Shown in pieces: positions 52,908 through 61,210 of a stretch of DNA of 64,000 nt. The position numbers and the translations under genes were made by a program. The notes under the pieces are model-generated. The model searched no databases. It saw only the letters and a list, made by a program, of their open reading frames with translations, and was not told the DNA's origin. Source of the stretch: Gammaproteobacteria bacterium (GTDB lineage Bacteria; Pseudomonadota; Gammaproteobacteria; Eutrophobiales; Eutrophobiaceae); contig OZ244905.1 in NCBI GenBank assembly GCA_965221695.1, positions 2,368,001-2,432,000 of the forward strand, written 5' to 3'. Position 1 is the first letter of the stretch. Each line of letters opens with the position of its first letter.

Positions 52908-54224
52908 ATGCATGCAAGAAAAAAAGTCAATCCGTATACGCCCGGCGCTGGCGCAACTCCGCCCGTCTTGGCCGGGCGAGTAGCGGAACAGCGCGCATTA
53001 AATAAAGGGCTAAACAGAATCTGTCACCCTGACGGACCGTATGCGCCCAAACATATACTGATCAGTGGCCCCCGGGGCGTCGGAAAAACAGTTCTTCTCA
53101 ACTGGGTAGAAAAAGAATTTGCCGGTAAATTCAGTACCGGAAATATAATCAGCACACATTCCCGAAACATCAGGACAATTACGGATCTGGTCAGCGTGTT
53201 GGACAAGAATGTCATAGACAATTCCATACTTTACGGATGGCACGCGGGAGGGGGTATCGTTACAGGGTCGGGAGAATATGGCAAAACTCCAGTTCCCCAT
53301 GTTGTCACCCCGCCATGGGAGCATCTGCTGGAACAATCATTGTTGTCGAAACATGCCGTGCCGGAAGGCGGGCCTGCCACTGATATGCCTCCGCTCCTGG
53401 TGACCATTGATGAGGCGCAAAACCTGACAGGAGAATCAGCGGGCGCAATTGCAAATCTGGCCCAAAGCGCCAATCGTTACAAGGCGCAGATATGTTTCAT
53501 ATTGGCGGGCACGCCGGAATTAATGAGCCACCTGACGTCTGTCGGGCCCAAAGACCCTTCAACCGGGAAGACAATGACGGCTACATTTATTGAGCGCGCC
53601 GATAAGGTTTACCCTGGCCTGCTTGATAAAGACGCTTCCTTTGAGGCGCTGTTTACGCCGTTTCAGGAAGAGAAATGGCAAATCGATGATGCCGTGATGA
53701 ACGATATCCTTGCCGATGCACAGGGCTACCCCTGGTTTATTCAGCTATGGGGAGAAGGGCTTTGGGATAATGGCCTTAATGACAAAAAAATCAACCGAGC
53801 GGTCATGGAAATGACGAAGGACAAAGTAATTCGTGAACGGATATCTCTCTATCAGGCCAGATTGAATGAATTAAACGATCCCCTGAGTGAAGATATTGGG
53901 GGCAGGCAGGTGCTGCGTGCAGCCAGGGTGGTCGCCGAACGCTTTTTGTCTCAGGACAATGCCCCCATGTTGGAAACAGAATTAACGCAAACATTGGATA
54001 CGCTGGAAGAAGCAGGGATTTCATCCAATGCGCACAAATCCCTGAAAATGCGATTTCTCCACACAGGGTTCCTGGTAGAAGGCCCCGCATACGGAGATCT
54101 TCCCGCTTCTGAACAGATGTACTGGCGGTCCGGGATACCTTCTCTTGCGAATTTTGTTATCCGATCAACCTCACACTTGACGACAGCGCCTGAGCCTGAT
54201 GATGCGGCACTGCCAAAGCCATGA
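52908..54224 (+). CDS. Stand-alone P-loop AAA ATPase (AAA_16-like)
   Basis: NPYTPG...LAGR N-terminus, Walker A GPRGVGKT, Walker B LVTIDEAQ, GYPWFIQ. Confidence 0.88.
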   Translation: MHARKKVNPYTPGAGATPPVLAGRVAEQRALNKGLNRICHPDGPYAPKHILISGPRGVGKTVLLNWVEKEFAGKFSTGNIISTHSRNIRTITDLVSVLDKNVIDNSILYGWHAGGGIVTGSGEYGKTPVPHVVTPPWEHLLEQSLLSKHAVPEGGPATDMPPLLVTIDEAQNLTGESAGAIANLAQSANRYKAQICFILAGTPELMSHLTSVGPKDPSTGKTMTATFIERADKVYPGLLDKDASFEALFTPFQEEKWQIDDAVMNDILADAQGYPWFIQLWGEGLWDNGLNDKKINRAVMEMTKDKVIRERISLYQARLNELNDPLSEDIGGRQVLRAARVVAERFLSQDNAPMLETELTQTLDTLEEAGISSNAHKSLKMRFLHTGFLVEGPAYGDLPASEQMYWRSGIPSLANFVIRSTSHLTTAPEPDDAALPKP

Positions 54225-54376
54225 CGGAGGCGTCAGGCAGCTTGCCGACATTGCGACCCTGCCAGCTATATGAGATTAATGGGTTATATCCAGAGCCGAC
54301 GATATAGCGAAAGGCGGGTAAAGTCAGACCAGTTTTGATATTGATAAATCCACATATTAATCACCACATGATTTAA

Positions 54377-54433
54377 GGCAATTATGGGACTTATTCACCG
54401 CATAATTTACGGTGATTGGAGTGATTAATTGCC
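54377..54433. repeat. Imperfect 57-bp palindrome (REP-like)
   Basis: GGCAATTA...TCACCG-N9-CGGTGA...TAATTGCC with symmetric 24-nt arms. Confidence 0.5.
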
Positions 54434-54482
54434 GCAAGGCTCTGCCGCGCTCCAATGCAATCAGGGTGAGAATCGACTGACC

Positions 54483-54511
54483 TTGACCTGACTAGTCTGA
54501 CCAGATATAGT
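54483..54511 (+). promoter_or_regulatory. Sigma70 promoter of the Phd-PIN module with embedded operator-like palindrome
   Basis: TTGACC-N17-TATAGT; GACTAGTC palindrome and CTGAC repeats lie in the spacer. Confidence 0.65.
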
Positions 54512-54518
54512 GGTTTTC

Positions 54519-54794
54519 ATGAGTATTGTGTATTCGACTTATGAAGCCAAAGCGCGGTTCTCCGAGGTGTTGCGTCATGTGCGGGAGGGCAGGACGGTGA
54601 CAGTGTCTTACCGGGGTGAACCGGTGGCTGAAATTCGGCCTACTCAACAAGGTCCTGAGAAAATAGAGGACAGGCTGGAAGAGCTCGAACGGCGCAGGGT
54701 CATCGTGCCTTCGGGTAAGTCCAAGCGGCCACTTTCAGTGTTGGCCTCCCGTCCTGGGGCATTGAAACGTTTTCTCGACGAGCGCAACAAATGA
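54519..54794 (+). CDS. Phd/YefM-family antitoxin
   Basis: YEAKARFSEVLRHVREG..VTVSYRGEPVAEI. Confidence 0.9.
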   Translation: MSIVYSTYEAKARFSEVLRHVREGRTVTVSYRGEPVAEIRPTQQGPEKIEDRLEELERRRVIVPSGKSKRPLSVLASRPGALKRFLDERNK

Positions 54795-55171
54795 GTGTTG
54801 CCTATGTGGACACCTCTGCGCTGGTTGCCGTGGCCTTCGATGAAAGCAGTGGCGCGGCAATGGTTAATCAGCTTGGCGATATCCCATATCTGCTGTCATC
54901 GAACCTGCTTGAAGCGGAACTCCGGTCTGCCTGCTTGCGCGAAGGTATCAACTTCTCCCCGGCTATCTTCTCCAACCTTAAGTGGGTATTACCCGACCGG
55001 CCACTGGTTCCTGAGATAACAGCAGTCCTTGAAGCCGGGTACTTGCGCGGCGCTGATTTGTGGCATGTGGCTTCGGCGTTGTATGTTGCAAGGGAACCGG
55101 AACAGATGTGGTTCCTGACGCTGGATGCGCGGCAGCGTTCTGTCGCCGAGGCAGTCGGGTTCAAAGTCTGA
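54791..55171 (+). CDS. vapC: PIN-domain (VapC) toxin
   Basis: YVDTSALV, LRGADLWHVA, FLTLD; ATGA overlap with the antitoxin. Confidence 0.9.
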   Translation: MSVAYVDTSALVAVAFDESSGAAMVNQLGDIPYLLSSNLLEAELRSACLREGINFSPAIFSNLKWVLPDRPLVPEITAVLEAGYLRGADLWHVASALYVAREPEQMWFLTLDARQRSVAEAVGFKV

Positions 55172-55229
55172 TCATTCCAGCCGCGTCTCATGTCAGAGAG
55201 AGATAGGGCAACACTGTTATTCCGGTGGA

Positions 55230-56552
55230 TTATGTGCGACCCCCCCACAACGCCCGCCAGTGGTTGACCATGTAAAATGGTATGGACAGTACCGGCTTTT
55301 CATATTGCAGTGGCGCTGTTGATATTTTAATTCCCCATTCCTGGTGTTTTTCCTGGAGAAACAGGTGCAGGCTTTTCAGTCTGCCGGTTTTTCCCGCTTT
55401 TACCTCTATCGGGACCAGGTCGGTATCGGACTGGCAGACATAATCAATCTCGGCGCTGCTGTTTTTGGCCTCCCTGGCCCAATAATACAGCGCCGGTTTG
55501 TCGAAACAGTCCTGGCTGGCGATGAGTTCCTGTCCTACGAATTGTTCCATTAATGCCCCCCGGTAAATCTTCATAAGGTCTTTTTCCAGGATAATATCCG
55601 AAGCCAGGCCGCATAGATTTTGCATCAAGCCGACATCTAGAAACAGTACCTTGAAAAAACGTTCGTTGATGTTTGCTCCGAGGGGCAAACCCTCCGCAGA
55701 GGATCTGATCACTTTGTGATAGACGCCGGCCAGCGCCAGTAGATCCAGAGCGTTTTTTGTATTTTTTGACAGTTCGTCGGGGTCCACCTTGACGTATTTG
55801 AATTTGTGACCCACCTGTTGCACAGCGGATTGAAAGACCTTGCCGATGTGTTCCAATCGTCCGAATTTTACATACTTGTTGAAATCATCCCGGTAGGTTT
55901 GCAGTAGTGAGGTCTGAATACGGCGACAGCGCTCATAACTGCCGGACTGCCGGTATTCTGCCACGACTTCCGGCATCCCGCCGATCAGCAGGTACTCTCT
56001 TACCCTGTTGAGCATCGCATTGTGAACAGCCGGTTCCGCGAACAAAGCCCGATCATGCGCAAGCGCTTCCACTGCTGACTCCTGTCCTTGGGCAAACAGA
56101 AATTCCTCAAAACTCATGGGCTTCATATGAAGGTATTGCACGCGTCCCACCGGCATCGAAAACCCGCTTGCGTTCAAGGCTAACTCCAATAATGAACCTG
56201 CTGCAACTACATGAAGTTCCGGCGTTTGTTCATAAAAATAACGCAAGGCAGCAACAGCTTTGGGAAATGCCTGGATCTCGTCAATAAAAAATAATGTTTT
56301 GCCGGGAACTACCTTTTGTCCAGTCAGTATTTCGACCTTGTTCAGTATCTCCTGAGGCTTCATGCTGTTGAATATCTCCGCAACCTGAGGTTCCGCTTCA
56401 AGATTGATAACGGCCATATCGGAGAATTCCTGTTTTCCGAACAGGCTCACGGAATAAGACTTGCCTACCTGGCGCGCGCCACGGATTAATAACGGCTTGC
56501 GTCGGGAATCATTTCGCCACTCTCGCAGCACAGCATCAATAGAACGCTTCAT
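55230..56552 (-). CDS. AAA ATPase with C-terminal DUF4143 (PD-(D/E)xK-like) domain
   Basis: GARQVGKS, FIDEIQ, GGMPE, EIDYV...PIEVK. Confidence 0.9.
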   Translation of the reverse strand: MKRSIDAVLREWRNDSRRKPLLIRGARQVGKSYSVSLFGKQEFSDMAVINLEAEPQVAEIFNSMKPQEILNKVEILTGQKVVPGKTLFFIDEIQAFPKAVAALRYFYEQTPELHVVAAGSLLELALNASGFSMPVGRVQYLHMKPMSFEEFLFAQGQESAVEALAHDRALFAEPAVHNAMLNRVREYLLIGGMPEVVAEYRQSGSYERCRRIQTSLLQTYRDDFNKYVKFGRLEHIGKVFQSAVQQVGHKFKYVKVDPDELSKNTKNALDLLALAGVYHKVIRSSAEGLPLGANINERFFKVLFLDVGLMQNLCGLASDIILEKDLMKIYRGALMEQFVGQELIASQDCFDKPALYYWAREAKNSSAEIDYVCQSDTDLVPIEVKAGKTGRLKSLHLFLQEKHQEWGIKISTAPLQYEKPVLSIPFYMVNHWRALWGGRT

Positions 56553-56594
56553 GGTTGGTGTCACCGACAAAGAAAACGGCAATATACTGCTGAA

Positions 56595-56645
56595 CAGTCA
56601 AAAATACAAGGTTAAAAAAGAGCTTTTCAGTCTAAAATACAAGGT
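56595..56645. repeat. 18-bp direct repeat pair, 33-bp period, upstream of the AAA-DUF4143 gene
   Basis: CAGTCAAAAATACAAGGT (56595-56612) and CAGTCTAAAATACAAGGT (56628-56645). Confidence 0.8.
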
Positions 56646-56740
56646 ATAAAAGGCCATTGTTGGATTACGCTGGCAAAACCTGGATTTATCGACTATAGCA
56701 ACGACTAACAAACTGCGCTCAGGGTTAGAAGCGATAAGTA

Positions 56741-56769
56741 TTGACACATGATTAAAGCAGCAATATGGT
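56741..56769 (+). promoter_or_regulatory. Sigma70 promoter for the RHH gene
   Basis: TTGACA-N17-TATGGT. Confidence 0.55.
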
Positions 56770-56778
56770 GGCTACATC

Positions 56779-57072
56779 ATGATTGTACGCACTCAAATCT
56801 CCCTTGAATCCGAATTTCACAGCCAGATTCGAATGCGCGCCGCGGCATTGGGTATCTCCTTCGCTGAATACATTCGTCGCCTGATTGGGCATGAACTGAA
56901 GGAGATGCCTAGAGAGATTGATCGTTCTGTCATCTTCGATCTCGGCATATCAGAACCATCCGATATTGCAAAGCATATAGATCAAATGATCTCGAAAGCC
57001 ATCGCTGCCGGCAGACCCGGCGCTTCCTTACTTCCTTTGCGCTTATGTAACGTAAGGGGATCTCACGCGTGA
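56779..57072 (+). CDS. Ribbon-helix-helix (CopG-like) antitoxin-type protein, no toxin downstream
   Basis: RTQISL...RAAALGISFAEYIRRL RHH pattern; SDIAKH motif. Confidence 0.7.
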   Translation: MIVRTQISLESEFHSQIRMRAAALGISFAEYIRRLIGHELKEMPREIDRSVIFDLGISEPSDIAKHIDQMISKAIAAGRPGASLLPLRLCNVRGSHA

Positions 57073-57175
57073 TTGCATTTGATGTTGACTTTGCTGTTTT
57101 TCGTTATGGTCGTGGCCGTAAGGTCGCATTTGAGGTATTGAGGTAAGACTCGGCATGATGAGGGGGGGGGGTTCT

Positions 57176-58978
57176 ATGCACCGTAAAATAACCGTAACAG
57201 TGGTTTTTCTGTCGCTCCTGGCGCTGCCGGCGGCGGCGCAATACGAATTGGAAAAAAAGACATGGAGAGAAGTCGAAGCAGCGCTGAACAGTGGTATAAC
57301 GACCGCAATCATTACGATTGGGGCCACCGAACAGCATGGGCCTCATCTTGCGCTGGCAGCCGACTCTGCTTCGGGCGACTGCCTGGCGCCGGAGATAGCC
57401 GAACGAGTGGGACAAGCTCTTGTCACACCCAACATCCGGTTAGGCATCTCGCCTCATCACATGCATTTCCCCGGGACGATCAGCGTACGCGGCCGGATAC
57501 TCAAATCCCTGGTCTATGAATATGTTCACAGTCTCGCGTGGCATGGGTTTCGGCATGTTGCCATTATCCCGACCCACGGTACCAATTTCGGTATGGCCGG
57601 TGAGCTGGAACAGGAACTTCGAGTCCTCTATCCGCATGTGAATATTTTTTCCTTTTCCGATGCTGATGCTTTTCTCGACGCGCTGTCCGATACTTCAAAA
57701 CGGCTGGGAGTCGATCTTGTCGCGGCGGGCGGTCACGCCGGCCTGACAGAAACGGCTTTGATGCTGGCCTGCCAACCGGAACTGGTCGACTTGGAGAACG
57801 CTGAACAGGGTTTCATGGGGGATTTCCGGGCGATGGGTGAAAAGCTGAACCGCGACGGTACCCATAGCATCTCGCCGATTGGCGTTCTGGGTGATCCCCG
57901 CGGCGCCACTGCCGAGGCGGGACAGGCATACTTCGACAGCTTGGCAACGCTGCTTGCCGGCTACATTGTAGAACGGCGGGAAGGATGGACGCCCCAACTC
58001 CCGGGCGATTTGCCTTACGGCGGCTTGCCGGAACCTGATGGCGACCTGGCCGATGCCGTCCGGGCGCGCCGAGACGGTGATTTCGACCTGGCCCGGCAAC
58101 TGCTGGATGAGAAACAGCGGGAAAAGCCCGGCGACCCCATGATTGTCATGGAACTTGCGAGGACAGACACCCTCGAAGACAGAATTGATACGGCCCGACA
58201 GCGCCTGGAGTCATTGCTTGCCGAAACGACCGGTAATGAGACACAGGAGAAAATTCATGACGAGCTGGCGCTGATTTCCACCTACCACGGCAGGTTTTCC
58301 GAGGCCGCAGAACACAAGCTGGAAGCCAAACGTCTACGGGGCTTGCGCAACGATCCGGCGGGTGAAGGGCTTAAGCTGTTCTACATCGCTTATTTCCAGG
58401 CCGAAACCGGCCGGGTTGACGCGGCGATTGAAAGCTATGGGCAGGCGCTGGAACTGGCGCGGGACCCAAGCGACATAAATCTGGATATCGAGCACCTGGT
58501 CGGTCTGGCCCTGGTCAAAAAAGGGCGGCTGCTCGATGCCGGCCAACGGTTGCGGGTGATCGGCGACTCGGTGAACGACCCTGAATTCCGCTCCCATATT
58601 CGCCGCTTCTACCACCTGAACGGCGAAATTCTGCTGCGCCGCGACCGACCGGAAGATGCGGTAATCAACTTCCAGGGCGCGTTGAAGGTATATGACCACC
58701 CCCTGTACCGTGAAAGCATGGCCCGGGCCAGGTGGCAGGCCGGCGACCTGGAGGGCGCTATCGCCGAACTGGAAAACCTGGTCGCCCTGACCGACCCCAG
58801 GTTGGACATTCCCATCCATTATGTAAAAGCCCATTATCAACTGGGCCAACTGTATGAACAGCAGGGAGACAAGGTGCGGTCCCGGGATTGGTATCGTCGC
58901 TTTTTACAGTTCTGGGACGAGAGTGATATGGACCTTGAGGAAATCCGGGCGGCGCGGGAACAACTGGTAGCTGACTGA
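57176..58978 (+). CDS. Secreted creatininase/MftE-family amidohydrolase fused to a TPR region
   Basis: Signal peptide (LLALPAAA), TEQHGPHL....D, HHMHFPGT, THGTN, HAGLTET, GVLGDP, then about 300 aa of TPR-like helices. Confidence 0.85.
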   Translation: MHRKITVTVVFLSLLALPAAAQYELEKKTWREVEAALNSGITTAIITIGATEQHGPHLALAADSASGDCLAPEIAERVGQALVTPNIRLGISPHHMHFPGTISVRGRILKSLVYEYVHSLAWHGFRHVAIIPTHGTNFGMAGELEQELRVLYPHVNIFSFSDADAFLDALSDTSKRLGVDLVAAGGHAGLTETALMLACQPELVDLENAEQGFMGDFRAMGEKLNRDGTHSISPIGVLGDPRGATAEAGQAYFDSLATLLAGYIVERREGWTPQLPGDLPYGGLPEPDGDLADAVRARRDGDFDLARQLLDEKQREKPGDPMIVMELARTDTLEDRIDTARQRLESLLAETTGNETQEKIHDELALISTYHGRFSEAAEHKLEAKRLRGLRNDPAGEGLKLFYIAYFQAETGRVDAAIESYGQALELARDPSDINLDIEHLVGLALVKKGRLLDAGQRLRVIGDSVNDPEFRSHIRRFYHLNGEILLRRDRPEDAVINFQGALKVYDHPLYRESMARARWQAGDLEGAIAELENLVALTDPRLDIPIHYVKAHYQLGQLYEQQGDKVRSRDWYRRFLQFWDESDMDLEEIRAAREQLVAD

Positions 58979-59060
58979 TTGTGGGCTCAACGCCCCACCG
59001 GTAGTCGGGCCGGCGCGGCCAGCACTAGCGCCGGCCGCTATGCTGTGATACGCAACGGCA

Positions 59061-61106
59061 TCAATACCTGTACTCAAACCCGGCGCCGAGCTTGAAATCC
59101 GAGTCATAGCCGCCGCTAATGACGGTTTGCTTGGTAATCTCATAACTGAACTGGGCTCGATACTCATCATCGGTATTCCAGTCCCAGTGAAAGCGCAGAC
59201 GGTCTGTCAACTGTATTGCACTATCCAGTTGCAGACGGAAATGACCGGAAGAATCGATGCGCAACTCTGAATCGATCAGCATCGGCAACGTATAGCGAAT
59301 CCCGGCAATGCCCCTGTTCTGCTCGTGGGCGCGCTCTTTCTCAAAGCCGGCGCCGGCATACACGGCAAAGAATCGGGTCAACTGTCTTTGCATCGTAAGA
59401 TCGACATCGTATTCGTTGTCGTAGTCAAAATCATACTCCAACTCAATACCGTAACGCCTGTTATATGCCCATAAACGCCCGGACATCATCTGCGACTGGA
59501 ATGACATATCCGCAAAGTAGTACCAGGGATTGTCATTGTCACGGTGATGACGGTAGAAAGCCGAGTTACGGTAGTCATCCTGGGCGGCGGGCAGGTAACT
59601 CACCACCCGCGCCATACCGCTTTTCATGTGGTAGAGGTTATGGCAGTGGAATAACCAGTCCTTTTCTTCATCGGCGGCAAATTCAATTGTCACTGTATCC
59701 ATGGGCGGCACGTTCACAGTATGCTTCAACGGCGCGAATTCACCCTGGCCATTCAGCACGCGAAAGAAATGGCCGTGCAGATGAATGGGATGGTGCATCA
59801 TCGTTTCGTTGATTAGATTAAAACGCACAATTTCGCCTTTGTTTATCCTGATCTTGTCGACCTCGGTCAGGGTTTTGTTGTCGAACGACCAGGTGTATCG
59901 TTCCATGCTGCCCGTTAGCGTCAGGTCGATTTCCCTGGTTTTCCGGCCCGTGTCAAATCCAGTGGGCTGCTTCGCTTTGAGGTCGGCATATTCGCTCGAA
60001 TGACGCATATGAGCATGACTACCGGAATGGGTTGTACCGCCGTGCGCGTGGTTGTGACTTCCGTGCCCCATCAGGTAGAGATTGGGTTTTGCCGCAGGCA
60101 GAACAGGAACCGGTTCGCCTGTGCCCAGGTAATAGGAGGCATGGCCTGAGCCGTCCTCGGCGGTTGCTCGCAGTTCATAACGTTTGGCAGCGCGCACTTT
60201 AATAAGGACATCATAGGTTTCCGCGGTGGCCAGCCGCAAGCGTTCTATGGTTGTCTCCACTACGGGGACGCCATCGGCTTCTATCAGGAGCATATCGCCG
60301 CCACTGAACTCGACATTGAAATAACTGGAGGCGGACGCGTTGATAATTCTAAGCCTTAGAGTTTCTCCCTGTTTCACCTCAGTGTTATGCATACTCTGCT
60401 TGCCGTTAACAAGGAACGCGTCATAACCCACATCGGACAAGTCCATGGGTCCCATGCGGATCCAGGCGCCTGCCAGCCTGTTCCGAATCGCCTGGCGGCC
60501 ATGTTTCAGGACACCTTGCCAGGATTGAACGGTATCTTTTTTCAGTGCGTAGTAATCCGCATCGCGCTTGAGGTTGCGCAGCACGGTTTCCGGGTATTCA
60601 TCGGTCCAGTCCGACAGTACCAGGACCAACTCCCTGTCGTACTTGCGGATCTCATCCGGATCGCGAAACACCAGCGCGCCATACAACCCCCGTTGTTCCT
60701 GCAGGCCGGTGTGGGCATGATACCAGTAGGTGCCGGTATGGGTGACCGGGTATTCGAATGTCAGCGAACTTCCAGCCGCAATAGGGGGTGTGGTCAGATA
60801 GGGGACGCCATCCTGGTCGTTCGGCAGGAGCACGCCGTGCCAGTGGATAGAGGTTTCCACCTCCATCCGGTTATTGAAGGTGATTCTGAGGGTGTCATCC
60901 AGGTTGGCTTGAATGGTCGGGCCGCGAATATTGCCATCGATGACCAGCGCGGTGATTGTTTTGCCGGTTACGTTGATTGCGCGGTAATCAATATCGAATT
61001 CGTAGTTTACAACCTCAGCTTCACTTATGTTCGACAAGGGCAGGATAATCAACCACAATGCAAAATTGAAAAGAAATCTAAGCATGTATTGCCATAGTAT
61101 CATCAC
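59061..61106 (-). CDS. CopA-type multicopper oxidase with His-rich linker and C-terminal beta-strand domain
   Basis: HWHG, WYHAH, HPIHLHGH, HCHNLYHM; C-terminal amphipathic strands ending in YRY; start uncertain. Confidence 0.9.
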   Translation of the reverse strand: MMILWQYMLRFLFNFALWLIILPLSNISEAEVVNYEFDIDYRAINVTGKTITALVIDGNIRGPTIQANLDDTLRITFNNRMEVETSIHWHGVLLPNDQDGVPYLTTPPIAAGSSLTFEYPVTHTGTYWYHAHTGLQEQRGLYGALVFRDPDEIRKYDRELVLVLSDWTDEYPETVLRNLKRDADYYALKKDTVQSWQGVLKHGRQAIRNRLAGAWIRMGPMDLSDVGYDAFLVNGKQSMHNTEVKQGETLRLRIINASASSYFNVEFSGGDMLLIEADGVPVVETTIERLRLATAETYDVLIKVRAAKRYELRATAEDGSGHASYYLGTGEPVPVLPAAKPNLYLMGHGSHNHAHGGTTHSGSHAHMRHSSEYADLKAKQPTGFDTGRKTREIDLTLTGSMERYTWSFDNKTLTEVDKIRINKGEIVRFNLINETMMHHPIHLHGHFFRVLNGQGEFAPLKHTVNVPPMDTVTIEFAADEEKDWLFHCHNLYHMKSGMARVVSYLPAAQDDYRNSAFYRHHRDNDNPWYYFADMSFQSQMMSGRLWAYNRRYGIELEYDFDYDNEYDVDLTMQRQLTRFFAVYAGAGFEKERAHEQNRGIAGIRYTLPMLIDSELRIDSSGHFRLQLDSAIQLTDRLRFHWDWNTDDEYRAQFSYEITKQTVISGGYDSDFKLGAGFEYRY

Positions 61107-61210
61107 CGGCTGTCTAAAGGCAGAAGAAGAGACAGGCGCCGGTCAGGGTCAGGAGACAGGCTGACAAGCAAACGTGAAGGAACTACTATTTTGCGGCCAG
61201 TTTAGTCACC

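Noticed and set aside
56703-56730. attC-like CTAAC...GTTAG near the TA genes
   Set aside because: About 25 bp, far shorter than an attC site; no integrase or repeated cassette structure.
57176-58978. Mycofactocin/RiPP cluster suggested by the MftE-like domain
   Set aside because: No precursor peptide, radical SAM enzyme or MftB-like gene nearby.
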